From contig JAQXAY010000148.1 in the NCBI GenBank assembly GCA_029252685.1, positions 2,266 through 66,265 of the forward strand: DNA of 64,000 nt. The letters run 5' to 3'. The stretch comes from Saprospiraceae bacterium (GTDB lineage Bacteria; Bacteroidota; Bacteroidia; Chitinophagales; Saprospiraceae). Below the pieces are notes generated by a model. The model was not told where the DNA came from. It saw only the letters and a list, made by a program, of their open reading frames with translations, and ran no database searches. This document shows positions 30,331 to 40,089 of this stretch, piece by piece. How positions within the stretch are numbered: position 1 is the first letter of the stretch; each line of letters starts with the position of its first letter. A program made the position numbers and the translations under genes.

Positions 30331-30361
30331 AAAAGGGAAAGACTAGCTTTCCCTTTTTTTT
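30331..30361 (-). terminator. Intrinsic terminator downstream of dnaN
   Basis: A-run, stem gggaaag/ctttccc with a 5-nt loop, then a T-run. Lies 9 nt beyond the dnaN stop. Confidence 0.7.
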
Positions 30362-30369
30362 ATTTGTTA

Positions 30370-31485
30370 TCAAACACTTAACATGACAGGCATGACAAGC
30401 ATAAGTATACTTTCGTCTTCGAGTTCTTCAGCCGGAAGTAATATTCCTGCAGTTGTTGGAGAAGATAATTCCATTTTAATTTCATCGGTTTCAAGCACTC
30501 CTAGCATTTCTATTAGGAATTTTGCATTGAAGCCTATAGTGAGTGGGTCTCCTTCGTAAGAACAACTAAGTTTCTCAGATGCCTCGTTAGAAAAATCGAG
30601 ATCCTGAGCAGATATGTTCATATCATCATTGTTGATGTTTAGAACTACTTGGTTTGTTGTTTTATTAGCATAGATTGCTATCCGTTTCAAGGAATTCTGT
30701 AGATCCTGACGATTAGCATGTAGGTTGTTCGGATTATTTTGTGGGATTACAGCCCTGTAATTTGGATAATTCTCATCGATCAGACGACAGCTTAATTTAG
30801 TGTGCTCTGATTCAAAGAAAACATTTGACCCATTATATTTAAGTTCTATTAAATCGGAATTACCTACAATTCCTTTAAGTAGATTTAAGGCTTTTTTAGG
30901 AACAATAAATGACGATCCAGAGGTGATGTCAAGTTCTTTAAACGTGTATTTCACCAATTTGTGCGCATCAGTAGCAACAAGTGTCAATTCATTATTTTCT
31001 AACTGAAAATAAACGCCAGTCATTGCTGGACGTAATTCATCATTACTAGTTGCAAAAATTGTTTTGTTTATACCTTGGGTTAGTTTGTGCCCTGGAATAG
31101 ACAAAGCTGCAGGCCCCTCTGCCTCTGGAATTGTTGGAAATTCCTCTCCATTCTCACCAGCAAGTTTGTATTTACCGTAAGAAGAAGTAATCTCTATGTT
31201 AAAATTACTTTCATCTACATCAACAGTAATAGGTTGCTGCGGAAGTGCTTTTAATGTCTCTAATAGTATTTTGGCTGGTACAGCAACTGAACCGTCTTTA
31301 TCTGCCTCAACATCCATTTGGGTAGTTATGGCAGTTTCAAGATCAGTAGCTGTTATGATCAGTTGATTTCCCTTAATCGTAAATAAAAAATCTTCAAGTA
31401 TTGGCAAAACCGGGTTTGAACCAATGGCTCCTCCTGTTACTTGTAATTTTTTAAGTAGATCTGAAGAAGATACGCTAAATCTCAT
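30370..31485 (-). CDS. dnaN: DNA polymerase III beta sliding clamp
   Basis: 371 aa. The N-terminus MRFSVSSSDLLKKLQ...PILEDFLF and the three-domain length are typical of DnaN. Confidence 0.95.
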   Translation of the reverse strand: MRFSVSSSDLLKKLQVTGGAIGSNPVLPILEDFLFTIKGNQLIITATDLETAITTQMDVEADKDGSVAVPAKILLETLKALPQQPITVDVDESNFNIEITSSYGKYKLAGENGEEFPTIPEAEGPAALSIPGHKLTQGINKTIFATSNDELRPAMTGVYFQLENNELTLVATDAHKLVKYTFKELDITSGSSFIVPKKALNLLKGIVGNSDLIELKYNGSNVFFESEHTKLSCRLIDENYPNYRAVIPQNNPNNLHANRQDLQNSLKRIAIYANKTTNQVVLNINNDDMNISAQDLDFSNEASEKLSCSYEGDPLTIGFNAKFLIEMLGVLETDEIKMELSSPTTAGILLPAEELEDESILMLVMPVMLSV

Positions 31486-31578
31486 TTTGGTTTATTTTAA
31501 TTGTGATCTCAGCAGAAATAGCTAAAATACAAACTTAAGCTAAAGCTTTGATTTGAGCACTTATTTTTCCCAACATTT

Positions 31579-31587
31579 TGTGGATAA
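31579..31587 (-). promoter_or_regulatory. Perfect DnaA box (TTATCCACA on the minus strand) upstream of dnaN
   Basis: The plus strand reads TGTGGATAA at 31579-31587, about 95 nt upstream of the dnaN ATG (31485). Confidence 0.5.
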
Positions 31588-31709
31588 ACAAAACATTATA
31601 GGGTATTTGTTCTAAATTTGTGATTTAATTACAAAGAAATAGTCTTTTTGTTGAAATATCTCAACAAAAATAAGCTTTAAATGATTGTTTAAGGCCAAAA
31701 TAAAGCAGC

Positions 31710-32990
31710 GTGGATAGAAGTAGAGTGCCAGAGATTAAGAATATCAGTGAGATTATCATACCTAATGTAAAAACGGTTGAATTATCAAATGGGATTAAAG
31801 TTCATTGCCTTAACTCAGGTTCACAAGATGTGCTTAAACTTGAAGTCGTTTTCAATGCTGGAAGACCAGTAGAATTAAAAAATGTTGCTTCGAGAGCCAC
31901 TCAGGAAATGCTTAAGGAGGGGACTTCGACAATGAGCAATCATGAAATATCTGAACGTGTTGATTTCTTTGGAACCTATATTGAGAGTACCTTTAATCTC
32001 GATGATAATACCATAGGTTTTTATTGTCTGAAGCGTTATTTTAAAGAAATTCTGCCTATCCTTTCAGAGGTGCTATTTGATCCTGTTTTTCCAGAAAAAG
32101 AACTCGATGGATGGAAACAAAATTCAAAACAAAAATTAAAAGTTGATCTTGAGCGTACGGATGTACTTTCTTACCGCACATTGACTGAACAAATATTCGG
32201 GAAAGAACATCCTTATGGATATAATAGCACTGCCCAGTTATTTGATGACATTACTAGAGCAGATTTACTAAGCCACTATCAACAATTTTATGTTAGTGGA
32301 AATTGTCAGATATTTTTGACTGGGAAAGTAGGTCAGGAGGAGATTGATCTTGTAGAGGAATTTATAGCTGGAAAAATGAAATCTGGGCCAAGTTCTAAGG
32401 TTCTATTGCCTGAGGTACATTCAATTCCTTCTCGTTTAGTTGTTCCTGTGAAATCAGATGTTCAAGCTTCGGTTAGAATGGGATACCGGCTTTTTTCAAA
32501 AGAGCACAAGGATTATAATGACTTATATGTTCTCAATAATCTATTTGGAGGGTATTTTGGATCAAGGCTGATGATGAATATCCGAGAGGAAAAGGGATTG
32601 ACCTATAATATTTATTCTTCACTAGATACTTTCAAGCACGACGGCTATTTTTATGTGGGTTCTGAGGCTAGCAGTGAGAATGTAAATCAAGTTGTTGAGG
32701 AGATCAATAAAGAAATGAATATCCTCAAGACTGAACTAGTTACGGAACAAGAATTGTTAATGTTAAAAAACTACCTGATGGGAGGTTTTCTTTCAATGTT
32801 GGATGGACCGTTCAATGCAGGTGAGGTCGCTAAATCCTATTTATCAGATGGTTTGGATTTTAGTTTATTTGAAAAGTTGATAAAAAGAGTTAACCAAATA
32901 CAGGCAGAAGATTTAAGAGAAGTAGCAAATAAATATTTAAATGCAAAGGACTTCGATATTGTTATTGTGGGCGATGATTCAGAAAACTAA
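31710..32990 (+). CDS. M16 (pitrilysin) family protein, probably non-catalytic
   Basis: 426 aa with the M16 two-domain layout and a GTG start. The position of the HxxEH zinc motif reads R-A-T-Q-E (VASRATQEMLKEGT). Confidence 0.75.
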   Translation: MDRSRVPEIKNISEIIIPNVKTVELSNGIKVHCLNSGSQDVLKLEVVFNAGRPVELKNVASRATQEMLKEGTSTMSNHEISERVDFFGTYIESTFNLDDNTIGFYCLKRYFKEILPILSEVLFDPVFPEKELDGWKQNSKQKLKVDLERTDVLSYRTLTEQIFGKEHPYGYNSTAQLFDDITRADLLSHYQQFYVSGNCQIFLTGKVGQEEIDLVEEFIAGKMKSGPSSKVLLPEVHSIPSRLVVPVKSDVQASVRMGYRLFSKEHKDYNDLYVLNNLFGGYFGSRLMMNIREEKGLTYNIYSSLDTFKHDGYFYVGSEASSENVNQVVEEINKEMNILKTELVTEQELLMLKNYLMGGFLSMLDGPFNAGEVAKSYLSDGLDFSLFEKLIKRVNQIQAEDLREVANKYLNAKDFDIVIVGDDSEN

Positions 32991-33144
32991 TAGTAGTGTC
33001 GCTCTAGAATCCTTTTATTTACTTATTATATTTTAATTTTTTCCTATTTCTTTCGTATGTTTAGTGTTAACGGATTTAATAGATGTTATTAAAGAATAAT
33101 ACATCCTAATTATTTAAAAATTCCGAGAACTACCAAGGTAATTA

Positions 33145-34176
33145 ATGAAATTATTCAAATTTTTTTCACAGGAAATAGCCATTGATCTGGGTACAGCGAA
33201 TACGCTGGTAATCCAAGATGGTGAAGTGCTGATTGATCAACCATCGATTATTGCACTTAATAGAAGAACAAGAGAAACAGTAGCGGTGGGGCAACGTGCT
33301 ATGCTTATGCACGAAAAAACCCATGGTAATATAGAGACAGTGCGTCCACTTAAAGATGGCGTTATTGCAGATTTTGATGCAGCAGAAAAGATGATCAAAG
33401 GTTTCATCAATATGATAACAGCTAGAAGAAGTTTCTTCTCGCACATGAAAATGGTTATCTGCATCCCTTCTGGTATTACGGAGGTAGAAAAAAGAGCTGT
33501 ATTTGATTCTGCCGATCATGTAGATTCTAAAGAAACCTATCTTATTTATGAGCCTATGGCAGCAGCATTAGGTATAGGTCTTGATGTTGAGGAGCCCGTC
33601 GGAAATATGATAATTGATATAGGCGGAGGTACTACAGAAATTGCTGTAATTGCCCTTTCTGGAATAGTATGTGACCAGTCCATCAGAATAGCAGGGGATG
33701 AGTTTACACTCGACATAATGAATTATCTTAAGAAGCAGCATAATCTTTTGATCGGTGAACGTACTGCTGAACAAATCAAAATAAAAGTTGGTGCGGCATT
33801 GACTGAGTTAGAGTCACCACCAGAAGATCTTGCTGTTAATGGCAGGGATCTTATGACAGGAATTCCTAAACAGATTTATGTAACATTCAAAGAAGTTGCA
33901 GAGTCATTGGATAAGTCAATTTCCAAGGTGGAGGATGCCATTATGAAGGCTTTAGAAGCCACTCCTCCTGAGTTGGCATCTGATATTTATCAAACTGGCT
34001 TATACCTGACTGGTGGAGGTGCATTATTGCGTGGGCTTGATAAGCGAATTTCTTCTAAGACTAAATTACCAGTTCATGTCGCAGAAGATCCGTTAAGAGC
34101 TGTTGTTCGAGGTACAGGGATTGCTCTTAAAAATACAGATCGATTTACCTTCTTGATCGATCGCAGAAATAACTGA
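33145..34176 (+). CDS. mreB: Rod shape-determining protein MreB
   Basis: 343 aa with actin-fold motifs IAIDLGTANTL and DIGGGTTEIAV. Confidence 0.96.
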   Translation: MKLFKFFSQEIAIDLGTANTLVIQDGEVLIDQPSIIALNRRTRETVAVGQRAMLMHEKTHGNIETVRPLKDGVIADFDAAEKMIKGFINMITARRSFFSHMKMVICIPSGITEVEKRAVFDSADHVDSKETYLIYEPMAAALGIGLDVEEPVGNMIIDIGGGTTEIAVIALSGIVCDQSIRIAGDEFTLDIMNYLKKQHNLLIGERTAEQIKIKVGAALTELESPPEDLAVNGRDLMTGIPKQIYVTFKEVAESLDKSISKVEDAIMKALEATPPELASDIYQTGLYLTGGGALLRGLDKRISSKTKLPVHVAEDPLRAVVRGTGIALKNTDRFTFLIDRRNN

Positions 34177-34214
34177 CAAACGGATTTCAAGAAAGAGAAT
34201 AATATTTACTAGCT

Positions 34215-35042
34215 ATGCGTAACCTTATACTTTATCTACTTAGATATGGGAGTTTCGTACTTTTCTTGTTCCTGGAAGGTATATGCATATTCATGTTGGT
34301 CAATTATAATGATTCTCAAAAAGAGATATTCCTTAACTCCTCCGGTAATCTTAACGGAAGAGTTAATTCATTTACGCACCGAGTTGGTGAGATATACGGT
34401 GCACATAAAGAGCTAGACTCTCTAGCGACCGTTGTCCGTGATTTAAGGACGCAAAATTTGTATTTGATTTCATTGCTCGAAGAAATTGAACTGACAGATT
34501 CACCTGCGGAGGATACCACCTTTTCATATAAAGCAGCTCGAGTTATTCAAAATAGTACAGTTAAAAGCAATAATTTTATCACGATCAATAGAGGCTCAAA
34601 GCAAGGTGTATATCCTCGTATGGGCGTAGTTACTGATGATGGTATAATTGGTGTAGTTCGAGATGTCTCTAATAATTTTTCAACCGTAATGTCAATATTA
34701 CATAGACAATCTCAAGTCTCTTGCAGGATAAAACATGCAGCATTTTTTGGAAATCTAAAATGGACTGGCTTGGATCCAACTGTTGTTTTTTTAGAAGATA
34801 TACCAAAACATGCTGATGTGGAGGTGGGAGATACTATCCAAACATCTGGCTATTCCAGGCACTTTCCTGTAGGATTAGATGTGGGGAAAGTACAAGACAT
34901 TTCCCTAAGCCAGGGTTCAAACTCTTATACAATACAGGTTCAGTTATTCAACGATATGAATAACTTGGAGGTTGTCTACGTGCTGGAGGATCAGCAGGCT
35001 GAAGAACTTGATAGCTTGTTAACAATTATAGAAAATGAATAG
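34215..35042 (+). CDS. mreC: Rod shape-determining protein MreC
   Basis: 275 aa with an N-terminal TM helix, a coiled coil and a beta-rich C-terminus. Position between mreB and mreD supports the call. Confidence 0.85.
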   Translation: MRNLILYLLRYGSFVLFLFLEGICIFMLVNYNDSQKEIFLNSSGNLNGRVNSFTHRVGEIYGAHKELDSLATVVRDLRTQNLYLISLLEEIELTDSPAEDTTFSYKAARVIQNSTVKSNNFITINRGSKQGVYPRMGVVTDDGIIGVVRDVSNNFSTVMSILHRQSQVSCRIKHAAFFGNLKWTGLDPTVVFLEDIPKHADVEVGDTIQTSGYSRHFPVGLDVGKVQDISLSQGSNSYTIQVQLFNDMNNLEVVYVLEDQQAEELDSLLTIIENE

Positions 35043-35556
35043 CAATACACTTCCTCATATATTTAGGTTTCTAGGTCTGTTTATTGCACAGGTGCTAGTT
35101 CTCCAAAATATTGAATTTGAAAGAGGCGTTTTAAGCTATGTTCATCCAATGATCTATCCTTTATTTATTATTTTAATGCCTATTAAAACCCCAGTTCCTT
35201 TAGTCACTGCTTTAGGTTTTGCAATGGGGCTTATGATAGATTATTTGTATTCATCTTTTGGGATGCATGCTGGTGCAGCAGTCTTTGTTGCTTATACGCG
35301 TTCCTTTGTGTTGAATTTTTTAGAGCCCAGAGGAGGATATAATGTCTCGTATAGTCCAAATGCTAAACGGTACTCAATACGATGGTTTCTTCAGTATTCC
35401 GCAATAATGTTATTTCTACATCATATATTTTATTTTTCCCTGCAGTTCTTTGCTCCAGTATACATTGTACCTATACTTTTAAATACCATCGGTTCGATGA
35501 TTGTTTCGTTCATGTTGGTTGCATTCTTCCAGATTATTTTTGATCCACAAGACTAA
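35035..35556 (+). CDS. mreD: Rod shape-determining protein MreD
   Basis: 173 aa, polytopic membrane protein. Overlaps the mreC stop by 8 nt. Confidence 0.75.
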   Translation: MNSNTLPHIFRFLGLFIAQVLVLQNIEFERGVLSYVHPMIYPLFIILMPIKTPVPLVTALGFAMGLMIDYLYSSFGMHAGAAVFVAYTRSFVLNFLEPRGGYNVSYSPNAKRYSIRWFLQYSAIMLFLHHIFYFSLQFFAPVYIVPILLNTIGSMIVSFMLVAFFQIIFDPQD

Positions 35557-35570
35557 AAAATAGAATAGAA

Positions 35571-37445
35571 GTGACCAATAATCGTAGCATAGTCATCCAA
35601 GTTATATTCTTTGTATTTGCTATAGTTCTAATAGTAAATGCCTTCTACTTGCAGGTCCTGGATGAGTCTATCCCAAATAGGGCAGTTTCTACGGTTACAG
35701 ATAATATAGAGATCTATCCTGCACGGGGTTTGATTTACGATAGAAATGGTGAGTTGATGGTTGTCAACGAACAAGTATATGATATCAAGGTAACCTATAA
35801 CTTTCTTGAGCCCTCAATGGATACGCTCCGTTTTTGCGAATTTTTAGGCATCAGCCAAGCAGAGTTTGAAAAGCGAATGGATATTGATTTTAGAAATGAA
35901 AGGTATAGCAAGAGAATTCCTTTTACTTTCTTGAGTACGATTTCTTCAGCTCAAATAACAGCACTGAAAGAAAGTTTACATGAATTTCCAGGGTTTTCAA
36001 TACAAAGAAGGAATGTTAGAGGATATCCGCATAGCTCAGCTGCTCATATCTTAGGTTATATTCGAGAGGTCAATCGAGCTGAGGTAGATGCAGATGATAA
36101 TTTTGATAATGAAGGCAGTAGGATATATGAATCAGGGGATTATATAGGAAGCGATGGATTAGAATCTACCTATGAATCTTATCTAAAAGGTGAAAAAGGG
36201 CAGCGAGTAGTATTTAAAGATAGACTTGGAAGGGAAGTTGGAGATTATAAGGAAGGAGCAATGAATTATGATGCGATATCAGGTGCTGATATTCATACTT
36301 CTCTTGACCTTGAGTTGCAGGCATATGCTGAATCTCTTATGAATGGCAAGAAAGGTGCTGTTGTAGCTATAGAGCCAGAAACTGGAGAAATCCTCTGTAT
36401 GCTTTCTTCGCCGTCTTATGATCCAGGCCTTTTAACAATATCTAAAGAGCGGGGTAAGAACTTCCAACAGCTCAACAAAAATCCAAATAATCTATTCTTC
36501 AATAGGTCATTGTCCGCGCAATACCCTCCAGGTTCTACACATAAAATGTTAGTAGGTCTTGTTGGGATGCAGGAAGGAGTAATATCCCATGATCAATACA
36601 TACCTTGTCCAGGCTATTATTCTTACAATAATTTTTTAGGTAAATGTAGAAATCACCCTCCTACGCACAACATAGGTCGTGCGATTCAATTTTCTTGTAA
36701 TACTTATTTCTGGCATACCTTCCAGAAGATAATCGATAAAGGAGGATCTAGTAATGATGAAGCCAATCTAGACAAATTCTACACGTATATGAGAGAATTT
36801 GGCTTGGGTCAAGAGTTGGGAGTAGATCTTCCCGGCGAAGAGGACGGCAAGGTGCCGAATGCAGCGTTCTACAATAAGATTTATGGAAAAAATAAATGGT
36901 ATTCTACCTTTATTATCTCTTTAGGAATCGGCCAAGGAGAACTTTTGTTAACAACTTTACAGATGGCAAATATGTCCTGTCTCTTAGGGAATAGAGGTTA
37001 TTATAAAACTCCACACCTTGTCAAACGTTTTGAAAATACAAGCTTAGATTTTCCTAAAGATAGTATAGCTGTGTTCCAGTCCTCTATAGATAAACAACAT
37101 TTCGAGCATGTAGTGGAGGGTATGAAGTTAGTTGTTCAGGCAGGAACTGGTAGGCAGGCACAAAACAATTTCACTCCGATTGCGGGAAAAACTGGTACTG
37201 TTCAAAATAAGTTTGGGGAGGATCATTCTACCTTTATTGGCTTTTCTCCAACTGAACGTCCAAAAATTGCTGTGGCTGTATATGTTGAAAATTCAGGAGG
37301 AGGTGGAACTTTTGCTGCACCCATTGCTGGTTTAATAATGGAGAAGTATACAAATGGGGAGATCTCTAAGCAAAAGAAGTGGGTCGAAGAAAGAATGATC
37401 AACACCATATTAATTGAAGAAACAGAAATTACAGATGAGAATTAG
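35571..37445 (+). CDS. mrdA: Penicillin-binding protein 2 (elongasome transpeptidase)
   Basis: 624 aa with a GTG start and an N-terminal TM anchor. Has the SxxK (GSTHK), SxN (SCN) and KTG (GKTGT) motifs. Confidence 0.9.
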   Translation: MTNNRSIVIQVIFFVFAIVLIVNAFYLQVLDESIPNRAVSTVTDNIEIYPARGLIYDRNGELMVVNEQVYDIKVTYNFLEPSMDTLRFCEFLGISQAEFEKRMDIDFRNERYSKRIPFTFLSTISSAQITALKESLHEFPGFSIQRRNVRGYPHSSAAHILGYIREVNRAEVDADDNFDNEGSRIYESGDYIGSDGLESTYESYLKGEKGQRVVFKDRLGREVGDYKEGAMNYDAISGADIHTSLDLELQAYAESLMNGKKGAVVAIEPETGEILCMLSSPSYDPGLLTISKERGKNFQQLNKNPNNLFFNRSLSAQYPPGSTHKMLVGLVGMQEGVISHDQYIPCPGYYSYNNFLGKCRNHPPTHNIGRAIQFSCNTYFWHTFQKIIDKGGSSNDEANLDKFYTYMREFGLGQELGVDLPGEEDGKVPNAAFYNKIYGKNKWYSTFIISLGIGQGELLLTTLQMANMSCLLGNRGYYKTPHLVKRFENTSLDFPKDSIAVFQSSIDKQHFEHVVEGMKLVVQAGTGRQAQNNFTPIAGKTGTVQNKFGEDHSTFIGFSPTERPKIAVAVYVENSGGGGTFAAPIAGLIMEKYTNGEISKQKKWVEERMINTILIEETEITDEN

Positions 37446-37929
37446 TGCGATTGTTGCGGTTTCCAAAGGAAATGTAATCGGAAAGGATAATGGTATTCCT
37501 TGGTATTTGCCATCAGATTTCAAATATTTCAAAAAGACCACATTGGGGCACAACATTCTAATGGGAAGGAAATGCTTTGAATCAATAGGTCGCCCATTGC
37601 CAAAGCGTACTAATATTGTGATCACTCGTAATCCTTATTTTATGGCTTCGAATATATTGGTATTCAATTCGATAGAAGAAGGTATTGAAGCAGCGAGGGA
37701 AAATGGTGAAGAAGAATTATTTATTATAGGAGGTGGTTTGATCTATGATCAGACAGTACATCTTTGGGATAAGTTGTATTTGACAGAAGTTGATCTAGAT
37801 GTACCAGGAGATGTGTTTTTTCCTGAAATCAAGTCAGAGGAATGGGATCAGGTATCCTCTGAACACCATTCGCCTGACGAAAAAAATGAATACGCCTACA
37901 CATTTAAAGTATTTACCCGCAAGACTTAA
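37435..37929 (+). CDS. folA: Dihydrofolate reductase
   Basis: MRISAIVAVSKGNVIGKDNGIPWYLPSDFKYFKKTT, GRKCFESIGRPLPKRTNIV and FIIGGGLIY. The start was chosen at the ATG at 37435 (the track gives 37414). It overlaps the mrdA stop by 11 nt. Confidence 0.9.
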   Translation: MRISAIVAVSKGNVIGKDNGIPWYLPSDFKYFKKTTLGHNILMGRKCFESIGRPLPKRTNIVITRNPYFMASNILVFNSIEEGIEAARENGEEELFIIGGGLIYDQTVHLWDKLYLTEVDLDVPGDVFFPEIKSEEWDQVSSEHHSPDEKNEYAYTFKVFTRKT

Positions 37930-38804
37930 ATCCAAGCAATAGCAGTAGCTTTTTCAAGGTTATTTTTTGGATCCTTAAGCAAGTCAGCTATATAGGCATG
38001 TAATGCTTCTATGTGGTTTGCTCCCTCTATTATTTTCTTAACAGATGGGTCAGATTTGGCAGTTTCAATAGCTTCTTGTGATGGAATGTTTTTTATCCCT
38101 GCAAGCATGCCGATTTCATTTCCTCTAAGTACAGTACTAGTCTGTATTTTAGCAGGTAGTTTGTCAAAGCCAATAGTTATTTCTGTTACACTTTGAACAA
38201 TAGTTTGTATAGCATCTCCACTCGCTCTCACGTAGTAGGCCCTTCCAAGTCTTCCCATCAGATCAAGTTTATGCGGATTGATCCTATTGTTTTCATCTAC
38301 AACATGCTCAGCAATATGCATCAGTACCACTTCACAAAGGATTAGGTGTCCCGCTCCTCCATGATCACCAAGAGTTATAATTTCCTTGACTTTACATTCC
38401 ATTTGGACAGGACTTTCCTTAACGCGAAAAGGTCTTACCTTTTCAGATGGAATTGTATTCAAACCAGCCTTTTCAAACTCATTGATATTAGAAGGAAATT
38501 CTACCGATGTCACAGCCATCTGTCGCACTATGTCATGATTGACAACATTAATAACGACCTCCTTTGTGTTCATGACATTGGATAAGGTATCTTTTGTTGT
38601 GTTATTTAAAACTCTTCTATTTGAGGAGAAAACTAGAATTGGTGGATTTGAGCTGAATGCATTGAAGAACGAGTAAGGCGCAAGGTTTGGATTACCCTCC
38701 TCATCTACTGTGCTCACAAAAGCAATAGGTCTTGGAGCAATAGATCCTACTAAGAACTGATGTAAGTCTTTAGTTTTTGTTTCTTCAGGTACTATTCTAA
38801 GCAT
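37926..38804 (-). CDS. Flavin reductase-like (FMN-binding split-barrel) protein
   Basis: 292 aa with an N-terminal flavin-reductase-like domain (LVGSIAPRPIAFVST.DE.GN.NLAPYSFFN). Its stop overlaps the folA stop. Confidence 0.7.
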   Translation of the reverse strand: MLRIVPEETKTKDLHQFLVGSIAPRPIAFVSTVDEEGNPNLAPYSFFNAFSSNPPILVFSSNRRVLNNTTKDTLSNVMNTKEVVINVVNHDIVRQMAVTSVEFPSNINEFEKAGLNTIPSEKVRPFRVKESPVQMECKVKEIITLGDHGGAGHLILCEVVLMHIAEHVVDENNRINPHKLDLMGRLGRAYYVRASGDAIQTIVQSVTEITIGFDKLPAKIQTSTVLRGNEIGMLAGIKNIPSQEAIETAKSDPSVKKIIEGANHIEALHAYIADLLKDPKNNLEKATAIAWI

Positions 38805-38912
38805 TTGTCTTATTTTTGGATCCTGCTATCAAATAAAATATAAAGCAGGACAGTTTTCTTTTAATTTGCAGCGTGAAAATAACTACAAATAGGCAATTAA
38901 ATGCAATCAAAT

Positions 38913-39455
38913 ATGAAAAAGCAAGGTAAAGGTCCTCTTATCTCTTTAGTTTTTATAGCATTACTAATATTGGGGAGGTCCTATTATTTTCAGCCGGATG
39001 TAGATCAGGGAGAAAAGGCGCCTGACTTAGTCGCTGAATTATTGAATGGAGATGCATTCGATCTTCAGCAGTTAAAAGGTAGGTATGTATTGGTTGATTT
39101 TTGGGGCTCATGGTGCGCACCTTGTAGAAGAGAAAATCCTAGTTTGGTCAATCTATTTAGAAAATTTAAAGGTCAGTCTTTTAAGAATGCCTCTGGTTTT
39201 GATATTGTATCTGTAGCTATAGATAAAGATGAGGCAGCTCTAAAGTATGCTATTCGTAAGGATGGCCTAAGTTGGCCTTATCATGTCTTTGATGAAGCAA
39301 CAAGCCTTCGTTTTTTTAATGGCCCAATTTCAAATGTGTGGGGCATAAACGAAGTACCTCAGAAATTTCTGATTAGCCCCGAAGGCACAATTGCTTTAAC
39401 CAATCCTTCTGTGGATGAATTAGATTCTTTTCTTAATACACATGTCAGTAACTGA
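38913..39455 (+). CDS. TlpA/ResA-like periplasmic thiol:disulfide oxidoreductase
   Basis: N-terminal membrane anchor and a WGSWCAPC active site. The ATG at 38913 is preferred over 38901. Confidence 0.75.
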   Translation: MKKQGKGPLISLVFIALLILGRSYYFQPDVDQGEKAPDLVAELLNGDAFDLQQLKGRYVLVDFWGSWCAPCRRENPSLVNLFRKFKGQSFKNASGFDIVSVAIDKDEAALKYAIRKDGLSWPYHVFDEATSLRFFNGPISNVWGINEVPQKFLISPEGTIALTNPSVDELDSFLNTHVSN

Positions 39456-39491
39456 CAATTTGTCAAAATAGTAGGTTTGGCAGGTAATTTG

Positions 39492-39499
39492 TACTTTTG
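39492..39499 (+). promoter_or_regulatory. Candidate -7 promoter box (TAnnTTTG) for grpE-dnaJ-gldH
   Basis: TACTTTTG lies 29 nt upstream of the grpE ATG. No CIRCE-like inverted repeat is visible. Confidence 0.3.
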
Positions 39500-39527
39500 T
39501 GCTTGAATGTAAAATCTGATAAAAAGA

Positions 39528-40073
39528 ATGGCTAAAAAAGATAGTAAGCAGAACGAGGAAGTGATGGATGAAAATATCAAAGTAGAGGATACGGCGACAG
39601 ATACTAAATCCGAGGAACAGCAGACTAGTTCTGATAGTGCGAACAACGAAGTTCAGCAGATAAAGGATAAATACCTTAGGCTGTTTTCAGACTTTGAAAA
39701 CTATAAGAAAAGGACTGCAAAAGAAACTCTCGAAATTAGAAGAACTGCATCTAAGGATGTAATGATGTCTATTATTCCCGTCTTAGACGATTTTGAGCGT
39801 GCTAGACAAAATGCAGCGAAAGATAGTAATGATGAATCTTTTAGTGAAGGTGTTCAGCTCGTTTACGATAAATTATTCAAAGCTCTTCAAGCAAAAGGCC
39901 TTGAAATGATGAAATCAACTGGTGAAGTTTTTGATTCAGAACTACATGAAGCAATTACAAAAATTCCTGCTCCTACTCCTGACCTTAAAGGGAAGGTAAT
40001 AGATACGATTGAGTTTGGTTATACCCTTAATGATCAGATTATCCGTTATGCCAAAGTAGTGGTTGGCGAATAA
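39528..40073 (+). CDS. grpE: Nucleotide exchange factor GrpE
   Basis: 181 aa with an acidic N-terminus, then KDKYLRLFSDFENYKKR and a GrpE beta domain. Confidence 0.95.
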   Translation: MAKKDSKQNEEVMDENIKVEDTATDTKSEEQQTSSDSANNEVQQIKDKYLRLFSDFENYKKRTAKETLEIRRTASKDVMMSIIPVLDDFERARQNAAKDSNDESFSEGVQLVYDKLFKALQAKGLEMMKSTGEVFDSELHEAITKIPAPTPDLKGKVIDTIEFGYTLNDQIIRYAKVVVGE

Positions 40074-40089
40074 TCATAATATTTAGATA

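Noticed and set aside
31486-31709. Chromosomal replication origin next to dnaN
   Set aside because: Only one consensus DnaA box is present. I could find no cluster of degenerate boxes, no dnaA gene and no obvious AT-rich 13-mer-type repeats. I treat it as a regulatory site instead.
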